This document shows positions 55,866 to 64,000 of a DNA stretch of 64,000 nt, piece after piece. Source of the stretch: Azolla caroliniana. Its lineage: Eukaryota; Plantae; Polypodiophyta. Positions within the stretch are counted from its first letter, which is position 1, and the number at the start of each line of letters is the position of its first letter. The notes beneath the pieces were generated by a model. That model did not search any database. It saw only the letters and a list, made by a program, of their open reading frames with translations, and was not told the origin of the DNA. The stretch lies in assembly GCA_043228905.1 (NCBI GenBank), contig JBHGNT010000008.1:310001-374000 (forward strand), in the 5' to 3' direction. Both the position numbers and the translations under genes were made by a program.

Positions 55866-58800
55866 GATTCGCATATTTAAACACTAAAATCCGATATCAG
55901 ATGGGCCAGGTATGAACATTTTAATTTAATCTCGGGCTCCTCTCTATTCCCTCCTCTAATTTGGGAATGTCTTCATGTCTCTCGACCTGAGTTTCAAAAT
56001 CTTGATTTTTTAATTCCATCTCATAGGTACCTTTGTTAGCTTCAATTCTCATTTTTGAACACTAAAATCCGATATCACATGGGCCAGGTATGAACATTTT
56101 AATTTACTCTCGGCCTTTTCTCTACTCCCTCCTCTAATTTGGTAATTTCTTCATGTCTCTCGACCTGAGTTTCAAAACCTTGATTTTTTCATTCCATATC
56201 ATAGCTAGCCTTGTTAGCTTCAATTCGCATGTTTGAACACTAAAATCCGATATCACATGGGCCAGGTATGAACATTTTAATTTACTCTCGGGCTCTTCTC
56301 AAATCCCTCCTCAAATTGGGTAATTTCTTCATGTCTCTCGACGTGAGTTTCGAAAGCTTGATTTTTTAATTCCATGTCATAGGTAGCTTTGTTAGCTTCG
56401 ATTCGCATATTTGAACACTAAAATCCGATATCACATGGGCCAGGTATGAACATTTTAATTTACTCTCGGGCTCCTCTCTACTCCGTCCTCTAATTTGGGA
56501 ATGTCTTCATGTCTCTTGACCTGAGTTTCAAAATCTTGATTATTTAATTCAATATCATAGGTACCTTTGTTAGCTTCGATTCGCATGTTTGAACACTAAA
56601 ATCCGATATCACATGGGCCAGGTATGAACATTTTAATTTACTCTCGGCCTCTTCTCTACTCCCTCCTCTAATTTGGTAATTTCTTCATGTCTCTCGACCT
56701 GAGTTCCAAAACCTTGATTTTTTAATTCCATATCATAGCTAGCCTTGTTAGCTTCGATTCGTATGTTTGAACACTAAAATCCGATATCACATGGGCCAGG
56801 TATGAACATTTTAATTTACTCTCGGCCTCTTCTCTACTCCCTCCTCTAATTTGGTAATTTCTTCATGTCTCTCGACCTGAGTTTCAAAACCTTGATTTTT
56901 TAATTCCATATCATAGTTAGCCTTGTTAGCTTCGATTCGTATGTTTGAACACTAAAATCCGATATCACATGGGCCAGGTATGAACATTTTAATTTACTCT
57001 CGGGATCTTCTCAACTCCATCCTCAAATTTGGTAATTTCTTCATGTGTCTCGACGTGAGTTTCAAAAGCTTGATTTTTTAATTCCATATCATACGTAGCT
57101 TTGTTAGCTTCGATTCTTATATTTGAACACTAAAATCCGATATCACATGGGCCAGGTATGAACATTTTAATTTACTCTCGGGCTCCTCTCTACTCCCTCC
57201 TCTAATTTGGGAATGTCTTCATGTCTCTCGACCTGAGTTTCAAAATCTTGATTTTCGAATTCCATAACATAGCTCGCATTGTTAGCTTTGATTCGCATAT
57301 TTGAACACTAACATCCGATATCACATGGGCCAGGTATGAACATTTTAATTTACTCTCGGCCTCTTCTCTACTCCTTCCTCTAATTTGGTAATTTCTTCAT
57401 GTCTCTCGACCTGAGTTTCAAAATCTTGATTTTTGAATTCCATAACATAGCTCGTATTGTTAGCTTCGATTCGCATATTTAAACACTAAAATCCGATATC
57501 AGATGGGCCAGGTATGAACATTTTAATTTAATCTCGGGCTCCTCTCTACTCCCTCCTCTAATTTGGGAATGTCGTCATATCTCTCGACCTGAGTTTCAAA
57601 ATCTTGATTTTTTAATTCCATGTCATAGGTAGCTTTGTTAGCTTCGATTCGCATATTTGAACACTAAAATCCGATATCACATGGGCCAGGTATGAACATT
57701 TTAATTTACTCTCGGCCTCTTCTCTACTCCCTCCTCTAATTTAGTAATTTCTTCATGTCTCTCGACCTGAGTTTCAAAAGCTTGAATTTTTAATTCCATA
57801 TCATAGCTAGCCTTGTTAGCTTCGGTTCGTATGTTTGAACACTAAAATCCGATATCACATGGGCCAGGTATGAACATTTTAATTTACTCTCGGGCTCTTC
57901 TCAACTCCCTCCTCAAATCTGGTAATTTCTTCATGTCTCTCGACGTGAGTTTCAAAAGCTTGATTTTTTAATTCTATATCATAGGTAGCTTTGTTAGCTT
58001 CGATTTGCATATTTGAACACTAAAATCCGATATCACATGGGCCAGGTATGAACATTTTAATTTACTCTCGGGCGCCTCTCTACTCCCTCCTCTAATTTGG
58101 GAATGTCTTCATGTCTCTCGACCTGAGTTTCAAAATCTTGATTTTTTAATTCCATCTCATAGGTACCTTTGTTAGCTTCAATCTTGATTTTTTAATTCCA
58201 TCTTGATTTTTTAATTCCATCTCATTTTTGAACACTAAAATCCGATATCACATGGGCCAGGTATGAACATTTTAATTTACTCTCGGGCTCTTCTCAACTC
58301 CCTCCTCAAATTGGGTAATTTCTTCATGTCTCTCGACCTGAGTTTCAAAATCTTGATTTTTTAATTCCATATCATAGCTTGCGTTGTTAGCTTCGGTTCT
58401 CATATTTGAAAACTAAAATCCGATATCACATGGGCCAGGTATGAACATTTTCATTTACTCTCGGGCTCTTCTCAACTCCCTCCTCAAATCTGGTAATTTC
58501 TTCATGTCTCTCGACGTGAGTTTCAAAAGCTTGATTTTTTAATTCTATATCATAGGTAGCTTTGTTAGCTTCGATTTGCATATTTGAACACTAAAATCCG
58601 ATATCACATGGGCCAGGTATGAACATTTTAATTTACTCTCGGGCGCCTCTCTACTCCCTCCTCTAATTTGGGAATGTCTTCATGTCTCTCGACCTGAGTT
58701 TCAAAATCTTGATTTTTTAATTCCATCTCATAGGTACCTTTGTTAGCTTCAATCTTGATTTTTTAATTCCATCTTGATTTTTTAATTCCATCTCATTTTT

Positions 58801-59099
58801 GAACACTAAAATCAGATATCACATGGGCCAGGTATGAACACTTTAATTTACTCTCGGCCTCTTCTCAACTCCCTCCTCAAATTTGGTAATTTCTTCATGT
58901 CTCTCGACGTGAGTTTTAAAATCCTGATTTTTTAATTCCATATCATAGGTAGGTTGGTTAGCTTTAATTCTCATGGCTGAACAATAAAATCCGATATCAC
59001 ATGGGCCAGGTATGAACATTTTAATTTACTCTCGGCCTCTTCTCTACTCCCTCCTCTAATTTTGTAATTTCTTTATGTCTCTCAACCTGAGTTTCATAA

Positions 59100-62000
59100 C
59101 CTTGATTTCTTAAGTCCATATCATCGCTAGTGTTGTTAGTTTCGATTCGCATGTTTGAACACTAAAATCCGATATCACACGAGCCAGGTATGCACTGTGT
59201 AATTTACTCACGCGCTCTTCTCAACTCCCTCATCAAATTTGGTAATTCCTTCATGTGTCTCGACCTGAGTTTCAAAATCTTGATTTTTTAATTCCATATC
59301 ATATCTAGTGTTGTTATCTTCGATTCCCATGTTTGAAAACTAACATCCGATGTCACACGAGCCAGGTATGACAATTTTAATTTACTCACGCGCTTTTCTC
59401 AATTCCCTCCTCAAATTTGGTAATTTCTTCATGTCTCTCGACCTGAGTTATTAGCTTCGATTCGCATATTGGAACCCTAACATCCGATATCACACGAGCC
59501 AGGTATGAACATTTTAATTAACTCACGGGCTCTTCTCAACTCTCTCAAATTTGCTAATTTCGTCATGTCTCTCGAACTGAGTTTCAAAATCTTGATTTTT
59601 CAATTCCATACCATAGCTAACGTTGTTAGCTTCAATTCACAGGTTTGAACACTAAAATCCGATGTCAAGCGGGCCAGGTATGAACATTTTAATTTACTCT
59701 CGGCTCTTCTGAACTCCCTGATCAAATTTGGTAATTTCTTCATGTCTCTCGACCTGAGTTTTGAAATCTTGATTTCTTAATTCCATATCATAGGTAGCGT
59801 TTTTAGCTTCGATTCCCATGTTTGAACACTAACATCCGATGTCACACACGCCAGGTATGACGATTATAATTTACTCACGCGCTCTTCTCAATTCCCTCCT
59901 CAAATCTAGTAATTTCTTCATGTCTCTCGAGCTGAGTTTTAAAATCTCGATTTTTTAATTCCATATAATAGCTAACGTTGTTAGCTTCGATTCGCATATT
60001 TGAACACTAAAATCCGATGTCACACGAGCCAGGTAAGACAATTTTAATTTACTCACGGGCACTTCTCAATTCCCTCCTCAAATTTGGTAATTTCTTCATG
60101 TCTCTCGACCTGAGTTTTAAAATCTTGATTTTCTTATTCCATATCATAGCTAACGTTGTTAGCTTTGATTCGCATGTTTGAACACTAACATCCGATGTCA
60201 CACGGGCCAGGTATGAACATTTTAATTTACTCTCGGGCTCTTCTCAACTCCCTTATCAAATTTGGTAATTTCTTCATGTCTCTTGACCTGAGTTTCAAAA
60301 TCTTGATTTTTTAATTCCATATCATAGCTAGTCTTGTTAGCTTCGATTCGCATGTTTGAACACAAAAATCCGATGTCACACGGGCTAGGTATGAACATTT
60401 TAATTTACTCTGAGGCTCTTCTCAACTCCCTTCTCAAATTTGCTAATTTCGTCATGTCTCTCGACCTGAGTTTCAAAATCTTGATTTTCTAAATCCATAT
60501 CATAGCTAACGTTGTTAGCTTTGATTCGCATGTTTGAAGACAAAAATCCGATGTCACACGAGCCAGGTATGACAATTTTAATTTATTCACGCGCTCTTCT
60601 CAATTCCCTCCTCAAATTTGGTAATTTCATCATGTCTCTCGACCTGAGTTTTAAAATCCTTATTTTTTTATTCCATATCATAGCTAACGTTGTTAGCTTC
60701 GATTCGCTTTTTGGACACTAACATCCGATATCACACGAGCCAGGTATGACAAATTTAATTTACTCACGCGCTCTTCTCAATTCGCTCCTCAAATATGGTA
60801 ATTTCGTCATGTCCCTCGACCTGAGTTTCAAAATCTTGATTTTCTAATTCTATATCATAGCTAGTGTTGTTAGCTTCTATTCGCATGTTTGAACACAAAA
60901 ATCCGATGTCACACAAGCCAGGTATGACAATTTTAATTTATTCACGCGCTTTTCTCAATTCTCTCCTCAAATTTGGTAATTTCTTCATGCCTTTGGACTT
61001 GAGTTTCAAAATCTTGAGTTTTTAATTCCATATCATAGCTAACGTTGTTAGCTTCAATTCGCATGTTTGAACACTAAAATCCGATGTCACACGGGCCACG
61101 TATGAACATTTTAATTTACTCTCGGGCTCTTCTCAACTCCCTCATCAAATTTGCTAATTTCGTCATGTCTCTCGACCTGAGATTCAAAATCTTCAATTTT
61201 TGAACACTAACATCCGATGTCACACACGGCAGGTATGACAATTATAATTTACTCACGCGCTCCTCTCAATCCCCTCCTCAAATCTAGTAATTTCTTCATG
61301 TCTCTCGACCTGAGTTTTAAAATCTTGATTTTTTAATTCCATATCATAGCTAACGTTGTTAGCTTCGATTCGAATATTTGAACACTAAAATCCGATGTCA
61401 CACGAGCCAGGTATAACAATTTTAATTTACTCACGCGCTCTTCTCAATTCCCTCCTCAAATTTGGTAATTTATTCATGTCTCTCGACCTGAGTTTTAAAA
61501 TCTTGATTTTTTTATTCCATATCATAGCTAACGTTGTTAGCTTTGATTCGCATGTCTGAACACTAACATCCGATGTCACACGGGCCAGGTATGAACATTT
61601 TAATTTACTCTCGGGCTCTTCTCAACTCCCTTATCAAATTTGGTAATTTCTTCATGTCTCTCGACCTGAGTTTCTAAATCTTGATTTTTCAATTCCATGT
61701 CATAGGTACCGTTGTTAGCTTCGATTCGCATGTTTGAACACAAAAATCCGATGTTACACGAACCAGGTATCACAATTTTAATTTACTCACGCGCTCTTCT
61801 CAATTCTCTCCTCAAATTTGGTAATTTCATCATGTCTCTCGACCTGAGTTTTAAAATCGTGATTTCTTAATTCCATATCATCGCTAGTGTTGTTCGTTTT
61901 GATTCGCATGTTTGAACAATAAAATCCGATATCACACGAGCCAGGTATGAACATTTTAATTAACTCACGGGCTCTTCTCAACTTCCTCCTCAAATTCTCA

Positions 62001-62640
62001 ATCTGCGTTTCAAAATCTTGATTTTTTAATTCCATATCATAGCTAGTGTTGTTAGCTTCGATTGCCATATTTGAACGCAAAAATCCGATGTCACAGGAGC
62101 CAGGTATGACATTTTTAATTTACTCACGCGTTGTTCTCAATTCCCTCCTCAAATTTGGTAATTTCTTCATGTCTCTCGACCTCAGTTTTAAAATCTTGAT
62201 TTTTCAATTCCATATCATAGCTAACGTTGTTAGCTTCAATTCGCATGTTTGAACACTAACATCCGATGTCACACGGGCCAGGTATGAACATTTTAATTTA
62301 CTCTCGGGCTCTTCTCAACTCCCTCCTCAAATTTGTTAATTTCGTCATGTCTCTCGACCTGAGTTTCAAAATCTTGATTTTCTAATTCCATATCATAGCT
62401 AGTGTTGTTAGCTTCTAATCGCATGTTTGAACACAAAAATCCGATGTCACACGAGCCAGGTATGACAATTTTAATTTATTCACGCGCTTTTCTCAATTCT
62501 CTCCTCAAATTTGGTAATGTCTTTTTGTCTTTGGACCTGAGTTTCAAAATCTTGAGTTTTTAATTCCATATCATAGCTAATGTTGTTAGCTTCGATTCGC
62601 ATGTTTGAACACTAAAATCCGATGTCACACGGGCCAGGTA
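59100..62640 (+). repeat. Divergent satellite subfamily island (~20 monomers, several truncated)
   Basis: Diagnostic variants GATGTCACACGAGCC, GTATGACAATTTT, CTAACGTTG, CTAACATCC and frequent CTCACGCGC. Many private substitutions, plus deletions at ~59450, ~61195 and ~61995. Confidence 0.92.
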
Positions 62641-64000
62641 TGAACATTTTAATTTACTCTCGGGCTCCTCTCTACTCCGTCCTCTAATTTGGGAATGTCT
62701 TCATGTCTCTTGACCTGAGTTTCAAAATCTTGATTATTTAATTCGATATCATAGGTACCTTTGTTAGCTTCGATTCGCATGTTTGAACACTAAAATCCGA
62801 TATCACATGGGCCAGGTATGAACATTTTCATTTACTCTCGGCCTCTTCTCTACTCCCTCCTCTTATTTGGTAATTTCTTCATGTCTCTCGACCTGAGTTT
62901 CAAAACCTTGATTTTTTAATTCCATATCATAGCTAGCCTTGTTAGCTTCGATTCGTATGTTTGAACACTAAAATCCGATATCACATGGGCCAGGTATGAA
63001 CATTTTAATTTACTCTCGGCCTCTTCTCTACTCCCTCCTCTAATTTGGTAATTTCTTCATGTCTCTCGACCTGAGTTTCGAAACCTTGATTTTTTCATTC
63101 CATATCATAGCTAGCCTTGTTAGCTTCAATTCGCATGTTTGAACACTAAAATCCGATATCACATGGGCCAGGTATGAACATTTTAATTTACTCTCGGCCT
63201 CTTCTCTACTCCCTCCTCTAATTTGGTAATTTCTTCATGTCTCTCGACCTGAGTTTCAAAACCTTGATTTTTTAATTCCATATCATAGTTAGCCTTGTTA
63301 GCTTCGATTCGTATGTTTGAACACTAAAATCCAATATCACATGGGCCAGGTATGAACATTTTAAATTACTCTCGGGATCTTCTCAACTCCATCCTCAAAT
63401 TTGGTAATTTCTTCATGTGTCTCGACGTGAGTTTCAAAAGCTTGATTTTTTAATTCCATATCATAGGTAGCTTCGTTAGCTTCGATTCTCATATTTGAAC
63501 ACTAAAATCCGATATCACATGGGCCAGGTATGAACATTTTAATTTACTCTCGGCCTCTTCTCTACTCCCTCCTCTAATTTAGTAATTTCTTCATGTCTCT
63601 CGATCTGAGTTTCAAAACCTTGATTTTTTAATTCCATATCATAGCTAGCCTTGTTAGCTTCGATTCGTATGTTTGAACACTAAAATCCGATATCACATGG
63701 GCCAAGTATGAACATTTTAATTTACTCTCGGCCTCTTCTCTATTCCCTCCTCTAATTTGGTAATTTCTTCATGTCTCTCGACCTGAGTTTCAAAACCTTG
63801 ATTTTTTAATTCCATATCATAGCTAGCCTTGTTAGCTTCGATTCGTATGTTTGAACACTAAAATCCGATATCACATGGGCCAGGTATGAACATTTTAATT
63901 TACTCTCGGCCTCTTCTCTACTCCCTCCTCTAATTTGGTAATTTCTTCATGTCTCTCGACCTGAGTTTCAAAACCTTGATTTTTTCATTCAATATCATAG

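Larger units (their letters stand above)
1..64000 (+). repeat. Tandem satellite array, 178-bp monomer, ~360 copies, head-to-tail (putative centromeric/pericentromeric satellite)
   Basis: Approximate consensus AATCTTGATTTTTTAATTCCATATCATAGCTAGCCTTGTTAGCTTCGATTCGTATGTTTGAACACTAAAATCCGATATCACATGGGCCAGGTATGAACATTTTAATTTACTCTCGGGCTCTTCTCAACTCCCTCCTCAAATTTGGTAATTTCTTCATGTCTCTCGACCTGAGTTTCAA recurs at 1, 179, 357 and onward to the window end. The centromeric role is inferred only from the nucleosome-sized monomer, AT richness and HOR organisation. Confidence 0.98.

Noticed and set aside
12700-62252. Other short ORFs (12700, 23825, 26411, 51236, 60512, 61787, 62046)
   Set aside because: All lie entirely within satellite monomers and arise where point variants remove stop codons.
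1-64000. CRISPR-like array or diversity-generating cassette system
   Set aside because: There are no unique spacers; whole 178-bp units are homologous. No cas, reverse transcriptase or recombinase genes are present.
1-64000. Inversions or transposon insertions in the array
   Set aside because: No reverse-strand monomers or non-satellite sequence were seen on reading through; every irregularity resolves to satellite-derived indels.

Overview
The entire 64 kb window is one uninterrupted, head-to-tail tandem array of an AT-rich 178-bp satellite (about 360 monomers), all in one orientation. I saw no genes, transposons, RNA genes or unique sequence. This fits a eukaryotic centromeric or pericentromeric satellite, probably from a species that methylates CpG such as a plant (inference). 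I do not recognise the family, and it does not resemble Arabidopsis CEN178 as I recall it despite the same length. All listed ORFs are chance read-throughs of monomers. The informative structure is higher-order, from left to right: (1) a patchwork domain with irregular block duplications (1-20.7 kb); (2) an 806-bp duplication and a 2586-bp HOR, both containing a 94-bp deleted monomer (20.7-28.5 kb); (3) a 9-mer HOR of 1602/1601 bp (27-35 kb); (4) a 14-mer HOR of 2492 bp in six copies, one a 17-mer variant, with an 8010-bp super-period (35-50.4 kb); (5) a mosaic junction; (6) a ~4.1-kb copy of the 26-32 kb region displaced by 23-25 kb; (7) a divergent, older-looking subfamily island (59.1-62.6 kb) with a 500-bp outlier at 55.4 kb. 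Several indels show microhomology or templated-insertion footprints typical of polymerase-theta-type end joining. Offsets were counted by hand and domain boundaries are approximate.
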